DNA of 62,023 nucleotides, filler included, from Bonamia ostreae (Eukaryota): NCBI GenBank assembly GCA_040357525.1. It is 27 parts of 27 records of this genome, joined end to end, with 100 filler letters (N's around TTAATTAATTAA, not from the genome) between each part and the next. Parts side by side here need not be neighbours in the genome. Positions count along the whole stretch, not along the records: positions 11,580 to 13,787 come from JBDODL010000968.1; positions 13,888 to 16,093 come from JBDODL010000969.1; positions 16,194 to 18,398 come from JBDODL010000970.1; positions 18,499 to 20,703 come from JBDODL010000971.1; positions 20,804 to 23,007 come from JBDODL010000972.1; positions 23,108 to 25,310 come from JBDODL010000973.1; 21 more parts are not named here. One strand, 5' to 3'. Shown piece by piece: positions 13,010 to 24,382 of this stretch (position 1 is its first letter; each line of letters starts with the position of its first letter). The notes under the pieces were generated by a model. It saw only the letters and a program-made list of their open reading frames with translations, ran no database searches and was not told where the DNA came from. The position numbers and the translations under genes were made by a program.

Positions 13010-13230
13010 AATGGGGGGTCCTTCAAAGGAGATTGTAAAAACCGAAGTCCCGTATCACTGTAGGCGTGGTAAGATAAAGTTCCTTCCCTGTTCAAAGGAG
13101 GTCCGCGACGAGGAAACGCCTATTTTACATTTACAGCTCCTCAGGGACAATGGTGACGGCTCCATTTGTGTGAACAAAATTTTGAGTAGGACGTTAAATA
13201 ATTCAGAACCAATCGATCAATTTACCATTA
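13010..13230 (+). mobile_element. Degenerate bivalve SINE body and tail (Meta-domain-like); host DNA
   Basis: CCGAAGTCCCGTATCACTGTAGGCGTGG..GATAAAGTTCCTTCCCTGTTCAAAGG...CAATGGTGACGGCTCCAT...GGACGTTAAA..CAATCGATCAAT resembles the remembered oyster SINE consensus. Confidence 0.7.
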
Positions 13231-13644
13231 TCCAACATTAATTTACCAGATATTTAACCATCTTCAATTCACCACCCCACCCCACCCCTCTCCGGAGGCA
13301 GGATAAAGAATCAAAGTTTTACATAGGAATATACGTTTCATCCTTAACTTTTAAACCGGCATGTAACTACGAAATAAAAGGATGATTCGATTGGAATGGG
13401 CATTGTAAACATAACTTTCAAATTCATGGTTACTATTACATCTTCAATTGTGGCAACCTTCTCATGAAATTGGAAAGGTATGTTGCATCAAAATGAACCA
13501 TGCTTAAATAAATGAAAGAAATAGAAAAGGTGAAAGTAAAAGTTGGATTCAATCTTTTTTAAAAGGATAGTTAGTAATCGTGCCACAACAGCTTTATAAC
13601 AAACAATATGTTTTCAAGTTAACGCTACCGTAATTTCATTATGC

Positions 13645-13664
13645 GATAGATAGATAGATAGATA
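13645..13664 (+). repeat. (GATA)5 microsatellite
   Basis: GATAGATAGATAGATAGATA read directly from the sequence. Confidence 0.8.
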
Positions 13665-16193
13665 AATAAAATGTATTTTTCCGCTATCGATTTTCTCCTT
13701 CACCCACATGCACCAAAGTGAATAAGACTCTACTGATGCCAAATATGAATCAGTGATGACATATTCAAGTATAACTAATTGATTTTTNNNNNNNNNNNNN
13801 NNNNNNNNNNNNNNNNNNNNNNNNNNNNNNNTTAATTAATTAANNNNNNNNNNNNNNNNNNNNNNNNNNNNNNNNNNNNNNNNNNNNCTAAGAAAGTTAC
13901 AATGATGCTAGAGTTACAGTTAAATATATTTTTATACGTTGAATCATTTTCAATAACTGCATAACAAGAAAACATCGGTAACACCCATCCTCTTGGTCAT
14001 ATAAAACTATCAACATTTTCTTTTGGTAATTATATTGAAATTACATAAAGAGCATGTATAATATTACTACTAACGCTAGTTCTAGCTGAAATATACAATC
14101 CACAAAAGTATAGCTTTAGATGCATAAAATGATAATCAACGTAAAATTAAGATTTACATAGGTATACATTACATCAGTTGGTTGGTAAATATTGGTTGGA
14201 CGTTTTTGGTCAATGTAGTAATAGGGTTGCATTTACCTGGAGGTGCTGGCGGCTCTATAAAAATGTAAAAACACCTTTAGTGATTTTATTTGTATATTTG
14301 TATTTCGATATACTGAAAAGTGAATATCATAAATACTACTTTCATGTTGTGAGCGACTATTCACTAAAGAAAAAAAGTAATACGAAAGCCAATATGCAAC
14401 ATTCTTGATATCAAATTTAATTGATACTGTAGTATAATACTAATGAGGACATCAATTAAACTTAAAGCAATGCTAACTGTCGTTTTAGTGTTTTACATTT
14501 TCGCTGTGGAATTTCGATTTGCTAGCTTATATGTTTACTAGAAATAGTGGTAACGTTACATGCAAAACTATTACAATAGCATATTTTTGCAACAGAATAG
14601 AATTGTCAGATTGAGAGCTAATGTTGCTTTAAAACAATAACAAAAGACCCATAGATCGTATCACCTAAGTATTAGCTATCACTAGTCACAATTAGGGTTA
14701 TGAAATCTCAAAGCAATTCCTGTTTTGAATACAATAGTCGACAAAAGTACATGTATAAGTTTTTCGATCACATCTTACTTATAAATCGCCTTGAAAGTGC
14801 CTAAAGTGATGAAAAAGTTCACCAATGCTAAAGTATATCATGGGTTGTTTCAAGAACATTTCAGTTGTAGATATTTACGAATTACGCGCTTGCTTTTCGG
14901 ATTCTGAAATATAAATACTTTTTAAAGACATAAGTGTATTTACCGAAAATGTTAATTGGATTTTTTCTATTGAATTCATATTAAAGATTTACGAGTTACT
15001 TGCTACCACTTTGGATTCTTAAACTTTGCTTACCAATTTCATAAAATATTTCCATTTTAACCTACATTTATATTCTGATTGACTTGTAGTTTTATTTACC
15101 GAAATTTATTTTCTGCAAAAAGGAAATTCATATCCCTGTTTCATTCAAATAAATGTCCGATGAAATCAATTCTAATATGGAATACATCTTCACAAGAGAG
15201 AGAAAAAATATCCATAAGTACTCTTTACCTTTTGAATGACTCGTTCCCATATTATGTCTCAAAACAGGGTTCTGTTCCAAATTTGAAGATAGAAATATCA
15301 ATTTAGAATAAGCATATCAAACATAAGTCTACTCAAACACGTTATGGCATCTATGAGTGCTAAAATACCAGATATGCAAAAGAAATCAATTAAAACTGCA
15401 GAAAATAACATCATTCACTACGATATGTTATAAGTGCTACTGATATTCAGGAAATACAAAACGTGCATACCTTTTAGCAAAATGTACCTGATACCCAAAG
15501 TGTCCAGGAGGTGGATGATTATTTTTCTATACTTCGTCATGGTTTTATACAACATTTACCGTGCGGATACGCTTAATGAATTCAGATTTTGATACCATAT
15601 ATGGAAATTTCTTGGTAGTCTAATTCTATTGGTTGATATTTATAACTACATAAATACCACTGCTTTATAATGAACCTTGAAAAACGTGCGTGCCACTTGC
15701 TAGTCAAAACGAACAGGTAAGCATTACCTCCATGTCTAATATCTTTGTACGAATATTTTAGAACTTGCATTTTCTTATTTTTGAAGATGTTTCAAAATAC
15801 GTCAAAAGATTGGGATTTCTAAATGTAAAGTATTGAATCTAGGCTAGGAAAATTATTGAACGGATTTTACAAAAGTTATATCCGAATTAATGTATCTAGA
15901 TCTGTACGTTTATTTTAATAACCATGAACCTAGCAAAAATATTCTTTGAAAGTCATTGCGTGGAATTTTCACAATTTGACTATAATCGTATCTACTAAAC
16001 TGTATGGTATAGAAATACAATACTATTAACATTATTTTCATATCTTCATCATGTTGTACCGTGCCATTGATGAAGATTAACAAACTACAAGGTNNNNNNN
16101 NNNNNNNNNNNNNNNNNNNNNNNNNNNNNNNNNNNNNTTAATTAATTAANNNNNNNNNNNNNNNNNNNNNNNNNNNNNNNNNNNNNNNNNNNN

Positions 16194-16953
16194 TTTACGC
16201 ATTAAAAACAATTTCAAAAGAGCTTAACTTTAAAGCTTATTTAAAAAGAAAAGCAACAAAATTGGATCCGTTAGACGGATGGTCATGGATAGGAATCGGG
16301 CATGCATTTTCCAAACAAGGGATTTCCGACCAAGCCATGAGCGCTTATAGAACAGCTAACTCCATTATGCCCGGGTAAAATAACCAAAATAACAATTTGT
16401 TAAAAGGGCCCACGACCCGAATTTATACATCGCGATGGAATACATTTCATCTAAAAATATTCCAAGAGCAAAATTTTTTCTTGACAAAATCAGCACCGAA
16501 ACAGATCCTTTCGTTTTAAACGAATGGGGCAATTATTATTACAAAAACGAAAAGTTTTCTAAACAAACTTTAGCTACGAAAAAGCAAAAATAATGTTCCA
16601 AAAAGCTATTTCTTTGATTGAGCACTTTGGCTTTAAAAATTGGGAATCTGTCTTATTTAACTTGGGCAACACATTAATCAAATTATCGTTTTTATAAAAA
16701 TTATCGATCTAGACAATATGAAGCAGCGAGAAAAGTTTTCAAGAGATCCCTAATTTATTGCAAAAAACAAAACAAATCGTCAGTTTTGTGCGCCCTTGGA
16801 ATTTGCTGTCATTTTTTGAAGGACCTTGAAGCGGCCATTCTTTATTATAACAAAGTTGGAAAACATTATTAAAAGGCGTTGGCGTTTGATGACAAAGACT
16901 ACGCCGTCGAATATTTATTGGAAATCGCGATTTTAAATAAAATGAAAGAGTAA
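16194..16953 (+). CDS. CDC16: APC/C subunit CDC16/APC6 TPR C-terminus, 4 micro-introns; absent from the ORF track
   Basis: WIGIGHAFSKQGISDQAMSAYRTANSIMPG|AHDPNLYIAMEY. Introns at 16375-16406, 16554-16573, 16688-16712 and 16855-16875. Confidence 0.88.
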
Positions 16954-17241
16954 ATGATTTTTGTCTTTGACAAAATTACAAATTTTCTTTGACAAAAAAA
17001 TGTGTACGAACAATGGAGAACCGCTTATAAATAAATTTGCCGCTAGAAAAAAATTTTATTTTGCGACTTTTTAAATTTATTGTTTGATTGCTTTTAGAAG
17101 CAAACCAAAAAATTAGTTTTAGCGCATAAAACGAACCTTAAAAACTTTCGAAAAAAATTTAACCAGAACCAATATTCCTTTTAAACCGAAACTATAATAC
17201 AAAAAATTGCGTTTTCAGCAATTGGAAATATAACTTATTTA

Positions 17242-18121
17242 ATGGCTTACTTCGTACACAAAGACTATTTTATTGAACGAATCGTATTCGTATTCTTGTT
17301 CTCTTGTTTACTCTTTTATTTTCTTGTTCTTATTATTGTAAAAACATTGATGTCGAGAGGAAGGCTCCAAAGCATTTTCAATTTTAGAAAAATATCGAAT
17401 CTGTCAAAAGTTTTGGGTCTTTTTTCGTCACTGGCGTTTATATTGTATGAGATAGACCCCCTCGGTTTCTTTAGGATATACATACCAAAGACTGCTTTGT
17501 TGGTAAACGATTTGGCGGTAGCAATGATTGTGGTGTACTATATCTTTTTTTCGATAGTGGCTTATTCGATTTATAAGAAATCTGAGTTGCACGAATTGTC
17601 GCCTTTTGCCGCAAAAATGTTGGTGGGATTGCCTTTGCTATATATGTTGCTAATTTTGATCGCAAATTTTGCAAATTTTTATCTTGGAACTTGGTTTAAC
17701 CGATTTTTTTTGACTTGGAAATTTTGCATATTTGCAAAAAACGGATATTTTATAACCATTTTTATTATTTTAGCCATTTCTATGTTCATTTTAATGTTAA
17801 AAATTAATGAAAAAGGCACTTCAAATATGTTGCAGTTTTCTCTCTAAATTCAGCGATCAGTTTTGTTTGCACTGTCTTTATGATAATAATGTTCTTCCAT
17901 TCCGCACATCATTTGAAAACGATAAAATTCACAAAATTTGCTCGATTGGCCGTTTTTGTTCTCCTCAACATCATCGCAAATATTATGTTGTTTGTAAAGT
18001 ACGTCATTTGCGCTGTTTTTAATAAAATTTTTAGGTGAATTTTGTCAAAATAGAACATTTTGTTAGCAAGGATTACAATTACTATAATGTCTACAACAGC
18101 ACTTTGTACTTCTTGATACTT
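17242..18121 (+). CDS. Multi-pass (about 7 TM) membrane protein, 3' end lost in an intron
   Basis: Successive hydrophobic segments; 20-nt introns at 17796-17815 and 18015-18034 restore the frame. Confidence 0.7.
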
Positions 18122-18125
18122 GTGA

Positions 18126-18292
18126 GTTTCGCTGTTTTTGGTACAAATTAAATTTTCTCGTTTTTCGCTGTTTTTGGTACAAATTAAATTTTCTCGTTTT
18201 TCGCTGTTTTTTAGTACAAATTAAATTTTCTCGTTTTTCGCTGTTTTTTTAGTACAAATTAAATTTTCTCGTTTTTCGCTGTTTTTGGTGCA
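18126..18292. repeat. Intronic minisatellite, ~37-39-nt unit, about 4.5 copies
   Basis: TTTCGCTGTTTTTGGTACAAATTAAATTTTCTCGTTT is repeated right after the GTGAG donor at 18122. Confidence 0.9.
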
Positions 18293-18529
18293 AAAGTAGT
18301 TTCACAATTAAATTGTAAAAATAAATTGTTTCGGAAAACAGTTTAAATTTGGATTTTATAGGTAAAAATAAATTGTTTCGGAAAAAAGTTCGGTATGCNN
18401 NNNNNNNNNNNNNNNNNNNNNNNNNNNNNNNNNNNNNNNNNNTTAATTAATTAANNNNNNNNNNNNNNNNNNNNNNNNNNNNNNNNNNNNNNNNNNNNAA
18501 AATCAATATTTATAAATGACAAATTCAAT

Positions 18530-19210
18530 TCAAAATTTATTTAAAATTCGATCGATTTTGTGTTGATAGCGGTACGCTTTTGAAGAAACTTTTCCGTTCT
18601 TGTCAAAATCGATTCTTTTCCAATCTATTTTCGGCAAATCGTTCTGCGGTCTGAATATCGATCCATCTTTGTTCCTGTAGACCTGTTGGATCGGCTCTAT
18701 GTCCATTTGCGTCTCATACATTCCTGGACGCCATTCTCCTTTTTTTACAATTTTTCGTAATTTTTTCGAACTAATGTGAAGTCAACCTTGCAAAGAAACA
18801 TGTTCAGTTTCGGTTCCACGAAGCCAGCGCTTTTTGTTTTCGTCGCCACAACGAGTTCTTAGATTATCTAAAACAAGTTGAATTTCGTTTGGGGTTTTGT
18901 TCCGCAGTTCAATATCTTTTTTGAAGCCATTGACTATTTTTACATTTATTTTATGTTCCAATAAATCGACTTTTTTAAGAAGATTTAATCATTTTTTAAC
19001 CGTAATGAGCACTTATTTTGGGGTGTGAATATCCTTCAGATCGAACAATAAATTCAATATGAGGATTGTTTTGGCTAAATTTTATAACATCTTTAACCAA
19101 AAAAGCTCTATGATTTTATTGAAGCTTAACTTTACTCCGAGACTACTTCCGCTAACTTTGCAGTAACTCAAAACGATTTTTTTAAGTTGTGGTATGCCGT
19201 TTATCGACAT
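18530..19210 (-). CDS. MRPL43: Mitoribosomal protein mL43, 4 or more exons
   Basis: Spliced MSINGIPQLKKIVLSYCKVSGSSLGVKAFL...HPKISAHYVNG...SLQGEW; 23-nt intron at 19108-19130. Confidence 0.85.
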
Positions 19211-19526
19211 TTTTGTTTGTTTCTTTTCGATATTTATCGTAGTTTTATAAAGTTTAATGTTTTAGTCGAAATGGAATTTGAGATAAAATTATAGCAACTA
19301 CCGATAAATCTTGTCTAGAACTGGTTAAAATGCTAAAACAACATATCTTCGAAAGCGAATGGCAACAAATTTTATTTAAAAGTGGTCAAAATGCTAAAAC
19401 AAAATAACTTTTCCCATTTAATAGAGGGAACAGAATCTAGTAAAAAATTAATTTTAACAAATTGAAAAATAAAAAATAAGGTCAGTTATAAAAAAGGTAA
19501 TGGAAAAGTGATCTAATTATAGAAAA

Positions 19527-19606
19527 GTCCTGTGTATATGAATGGGGATTTAGTCAGTAGTCGGTATCAATGAAAAGCGAGAGATCCCCCACTCATTTAA
19601 AGGGAC
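19527..19606. ncRNA. Candidate structured RNA hairpin
   Basis: GC-rich nested stems on the minus strand (GUCC/GGAC, AUGAGU/AUUCAU, GGGGAU/AUCCCC) within an AT-rich intergenic region. Confidence 0.35.
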
Positions 19607-19639
19607 GGCAAATTAAAAAAAAATTTTATTACAAATTTA

Positions 19640-20404
19640 TTACAAATTCTCTGATTTCTTTGGAGTCTCAACGATCTTTTTAGTTTCAACAGGTTTCCGG
19701 AGAAACCCCTTTATAACCATGAATTCCCTCCGAACCAAAAACATGCACATTTGTCTTAACGACACAGCAAATCTATTCAAATCAAATCGCAAGTTTTGGA
19801 TTTTCCTGTAAAAGTCCCTCATGTTTCGCTCTCTGGCAAAATCTTCGTATTCTGACAAATCTGTATTGATCATCGAGCATACTTTCAATTCCGTTAACTC
19901 GAAGTATGCAAACCCGGCATATAAGCTCTCCATCGTGTTCGCTTCAAAAGCAAACGTAAATGAAGGCGCGGAAAACTCTATTTCGAGAGGGCTGTTGATC
20001 TTCTTACCAGGAGTTTCTACAATGCCCCCCGCTTCGATGCGGTTTTCAGAAGCGCCGATGAAAATGGTGTAAAGGGGAGATTGTAAAATCTCCCAACAAT
20101 ACTTTCCCGGCTTCAGCACCATGAAGGCTGGGAAATCGAATTCAAAGGCGGGGTTCAAATTTAGGTTGTTCTCAGTGGCGGCCGAGGCGGCCAGGATTAA
20201 TTTCCGACTGTTGTTTTCAAGTAGATAGAACAGTCTCAGTTCCAGTGAATAGTTGTCATCTACATCTCCCATGTCAATGCAGACACGAGCGGTTATAGGG
20301 AGAACTGATTTATGTATCACAAAATGTAATCCAGAATTGGTATTGGATGTTGTGAACTGCATGGGGCAATCATGGTTGCCATTGGTGCTGATGGTTGTTA
20401 ACAT
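19640..20404 (-). CDS. Intronless hypothetical protein (254 aa), beta-rich N-terminal half
   Basis: Long ORF with ATG and balanced composition; no family recognised. Confidence 0.7.
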   Translation of the reverse strand: MLTTISTNGNHDCPMQFTTSNTNSGLHFVIHKSVLPITARVCIDMGDVDDNYSLELRLFYLLENNSRKLILAASAATENNLNLNPAFEFDFPAFMVLKPGKYCWEILQSPLYTIFIGASENRIEAGGIVETPGKKINSPLEIEFSAPSFTFAFEANTMESLYAGFAYFELTELKVCSMINTDLSEYEDFARERNMRDFYRKIQNLRFDLNRFAVSLRQMCMFLVRREFMVIKGFLRKPVETKKIVETPKKSENL

Positions 20405-21172
20405 TGGTTTCTATTAGTTTGCGAATTTTAAAATTTTGATTATTTGTAAATTTTCAGAATTGTTTTTTTCCTAATGAGAAATTTTTCTTTTTGTTTATTT
20501 TAAAAATTAATCTGGGAGATGATGTTCAGGTTCGATGCCAGAGCTGTTACTTTTTGTTATTGTTTATTTTAGTTGAGCTAATTGTAATAGGTTATCTAAC
20601 GAGTTTTTGTGACCATTAAAATTTTTCGATTTAATAATCTGTGAACAAAATGTTCAGATTGCATTTATTTCGAGAAGAAAAATATTTCAATTTTGATCAT
20701 ATGNNNNNNNNNNNNNNNNNNNNNNNNNNNNNNNNNNNNNNNNNNNNTTAATTAATTAANNNNNNNNNNNNNNNNNNNNNNNNNNNNNNNNNNNNNNNNN
20801 NNNTGTATAAACGATGGATGTAGCCAAGTACCAATCTTCTAATTTTGAAATGTTCAAATTATTTTCTTTTATGAAGTAAACGATTGACATTGTTTTTACC
20901 TTTAAACTCGCGCTTTTTTCTACGACTATTTAGCTGCTGGGGTTAGTGGTTGATTTTCAATCAACTTAATCTTTTTAAAACATACAATAATTAACAAAAA
21001 ATTAACAGACAAAAATTGCTTAATTAAGAATATTTTAAAAATAATTAAGAAAAATAATTTTCTGTTAATTATTTTAACATTCAATATATTGTATATTTGT
21101 TATGTGTAGAAATACTCTCAATTTTTGCACAACAAAATAATATCAATGTAAAAATCTAAGTTGGAAGGTTAT

Positions 21173-22051
21173 TTAATATAGGAACACCGTGACGCTATCC
21201 AGGAATACCAATTTAATATCAGTAAACTGTTTTGCTTCAAATATTTGTTTTGTTTGTTTTAGCATTTCATCAATAACGATATTTGGAGATTTAACATTAG
21301 TTGTATCAACAATAATTTTAATTGGCAAAGTATTGTCTAACAAAATATCTTTGAATAATCTTTTAACGATATAATATTTTGAATTATCTGGAACAAGATC
21401 GTTGAAAGACAAAGATAAGCAACGCAAGTCAAAAAATATATCAGCGCAATTATTTTTAAGGCTCCAAATATAAAATGAGGCGAAATTTAAATAAAAAAAT
21501 TCAATTTTGTTGTTTGGCAAACAATAATTTTCTGATAAAGATTCTTTAATAGTGTCAGCTACAAAATTTGCAGCCGATTCTAATTTATAAATATCACTCT
21601 CATAGTTATTTTGATTTAGAATACATTTTTTTGCAGATTTTATTTCGTTTATTATTTCGTCTTCTAAAAAATCTTTCTCGTAAATACTATTAAACATATT
21701 GATATTAAGAATTTTCCGAAGAAATTTTTCATAAAAGAAGGAAGGAATCATATGATATATATTGTACAAATAATATACTGGATAATGATCATCATCATCG
21801 TACTCAAATTTACCAGAAAAAGAAATTTCTGATGTTTTAATAGTGAAATTTTTATCTTGTAGCAACTTTTTAATCACAAAACTTTCAAGAGTCATTTCAT
21901 CGTCGAGAATCGCCAACAAACGGTTTGCTTTATCTAAATAACTTTTTTCCAAAGTTTGTCCATTTTTTATCATAATTGGACAGATAAAATAATAAAATAT
22001 TTTTTCATAAATAATTTCTGTCAATTTAAATTTTTTTCTGTTGTTAATCAT
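21173..22051 (-). CDS. Intronless hypothetical protein (292 aa)
   Basis: An 879-nt ORF in very AT-rich DNA is unlikely by chance; no motif recognised. Confidence 0.6.
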   Translation of the reverse strand: MINNRKKFKLTEIIYEKIFYYFICPIMIKNGQTLEKSYLDKANRLLAILDDEMTLESFVIKKLLQDKNFTIKTSEISFSGKFEYDDDDHYPVYYLYNIYHMIPSFFYEKFLRKILNINMFNSIYEKDFLEDEIINEIKSAKKCILNQNNYESDIYKLESAANFVADTIKESLSENYCLPNNKIEFFYLNFASFYIWSLKNNCADIFFDLRCLSLSFNDLVPDNSKYYIVKRLFKDILLDNTLPIKIIVDTTNVKSPNIVIDEMLKQTKQIFEAKQFTDIKLVFLDSVTVFLY

Positions 22052-22429
22052 CGTAATAGAATCATAAATTTTATCGAATAACTCGTTGAAATTTTTTTTC
22101 GTTTATTTCTGTTAGATTCATCGAGTCGAAATCTTTTTTATCGTGTTAATAATTAAAACATTTTCTTATGTTAAAAGAATTCGCCGTTGCCATTTATTAG
22201 TTTTATTAATTGTTGACGTAATTGGATTAAAATTAAAGAAAATTGATAACTAATGTACCACACGGGATATTTATTTTAAATATTTTAAATTTAAAATTAT
22301 TTTAAATTATTTTAAATCTATAAAATAATTGGATTTATAGTAAAATTATTTTAAATTTTAAACCGTGGATGAAATTTACCGATATTTAAATTAATGTTTT
22401 TTGCTGCTAATGAACTCTTACTAAAAATT

Positions 22430-23007
22430 CATCCTGATTTTTCTAATGAAGTCACTCTTTTTTAATTTTCGATATTTTCATCTTTGATAATATCTTCGTC
22501 AAATTTCTTATGGAATTTTTAAGAACATTTAACTCTCTTCTAAGTTTAATTGGTAAAAGTTTGGCTTTGTAATCAGTTTCTTCTATTCTAAATAGCCCAT
22601 TAACTTCCAATGCATAAGATACACTTTTATGTTGAACACTTTAATTTTTTTTGTTTTTAACTCGCTCAAGTCTCCCAAGATAACACCGCGAATTGTAAAA
22701 CATATAAGCATCACTTCTTGATTCATGTTAATACTTTTATTCAAAAAATATTTAAATATGTGAACCTTTCGATTTACATTATTCAGTATTTCATTTGTGT
22801 TGAGTTTCCAGTTAAACTTTATATCTAACTAAATTCTAACTTAATTTATTATTCCCAAAAATACTGCAGTCTCTCTTATGTGTTTATGTCTTCTAGTAAA
22901 ACAAAGAATAATCTATTTTTCAGAGGAAATCTCCCGTTAAAGTTTTTCCTTTTCTTTTTCAAACATTTTTAATTTGCCGTTTAAGCGTTTTTTCAGCTTT
23001 CGAAATA
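22430..23007 (-). pseudogene. Decayed non-LTR retrotransposon RT C-terminus (I/Tad1/Ingi-like)
   Basis: Fragments read across stops and frameshifts (AEKRLN, AVFLGII, FNWK..NEILNNVNRKVHIF, IKSVQHKSVSYAL...AKLLPIKLRRELN) follow the LINE RT thumb order FLG..KL.W...SIQ.KALR..LP..LRR. Confidence 0.55.
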
Positions 23008-23107
23008 NNNNNNNNNNNNNNNNNNNNNNNNNNNNNNNNNNNNNNNNNNNNTTAATTAATTAANNNNNNNNNNNNNNNNNNNNNNNNNNNNNNNNNNNNN
23101 NNNNNNN

Positions 23108-23579
23108 TACTCATTCTGTAAAATATGGAACCATCCCTTCGTCAGAACGTTTAAAACTAAATTTTAAGAATTTTCGACATTCCAAAATCCGTCCTTAAAC
23201 CGGCCATTTTATCCCGATTTGAACCAAATTAACAAAGATTACCAACAAACAAGTCAACAAAACTGTTTTTGAATATCATTTCTGAAACTAAAAAGACAAA
23301 AATCAGATTGGTGCTCCATTATGTTACCCGGGAAATGGCGTTCAATGCCAACAAAGACCAAACAATAATGCAAATTATCTCGGGAACTTTCAAAATCAGA
23401 ATACCCCTTCTCAATATCAGTTGTTATCAGAAAACAACAGATACAATAATTATCAAAGTACACATCAAGATCAGTGGGGAAACCAGATAAGTTTACTTGT
23501 GCAATTTTAAAAAGAGCATTCTAATGATGCCAATAATGGCTATTTTCAGTACAACGGCAAAGACGATTATCAATTGTAA
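23108..23579 (+). CDS. Q/N-rich C-terminus of an unknown protein, 3 small introns
   Basis: Three GT-AG introns give one continuous frame ending ...GYFQYNGKDDYQL*. Confidence 0.6.
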
Positions 23580-23610
23580 AAAATTAAAAATTGTTCTTTT
23601 AAAAAATCAT

Positions 23611-24382
23611 TTACAACTCGACATAATCAAAATCAGAAGGGATTTCAAAGTACTTGAAGACTTGTTCTTCTGAAATATCAGGTCTTTTGTCTTTAATGTG
23701 TTTCAAAAGTGTGTATACATTGTCTGTCCAGCGATTTATTCCTTCAACAAGTTGTTTCAGTTTTTGTTCTAGACAGTACTTTTATTTAAACTTTGATTTT
23801 CGAGAACAATTGGATCATTTTGGACTAGAAAATCGTGTTCTTTTTCCAGATCGTTTACGATTTGATTTTCCCTCTTCAACTTTTTGAGGTTTTCGGATCT
23901 TTTTTCGCCATTTCTGTCATTTTTCAAGTGGACCAAATCGTTTTTCAATCTTTTTTCAGTTTCGTTTAATTGTTCAATATTTTTGATGATATTTTCGTTT
24001 CTTGTTTTTTCCTTTTTGAATAAATTTTTAAAGAAACAGCTTGGAACGCTTTTCCTTTAAATGCCCAATAATAAGTTCCGATTCCGATTTTATCAGAATC
24101 GATTTTGGAATCGTCTACTAAACTTTTAAGCACTTCTTTGACGCTCATCGATCCTTATTTTCGCAATTGATAATTTTTTGTTTATCGAAATTTGGATTTC
24201 ACAAGAAAATCACAGATTAGATCAAAATTAGAAACCTATTTTGGTGTTTTTTGGGATCGACTTTTCGAGTTCTTTTAACGTGAAAACAGTTTGCTTTTGA
24301 GTTTCAGAACAAAAACGTTTTTGTGGAAAAAGTCAAGCATCATTGTTTTCTTTTCCTCTAACGAAAGACCTCGCTTCGGCAT
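23611..24382 (-). CDS. MND1: Meiotic recombination protein MND1, complete, 5 exons
   Basis: [12 protein letters not shown]...FTLKELEK...[28 protein letters not shown]...INRWTDNV...[12 protein letters not shown]. Confidence 0.93.

Noticed and set aside
16194-16953. Stop-codon reassignment or frameshifting to explain broken conserved ORFs
   Set aside because: Every break examined is resolved by a GT-AG micro-intron. TAA, TAG and TGA all terminate genes, and conserved Trp uses TGG.
19527-19606. SECIS element
   Set aside because: AUGA is Watson-Crick paired to UCAU with no opposing GA quartet, and the upstream ORF has no in-frame UGA.
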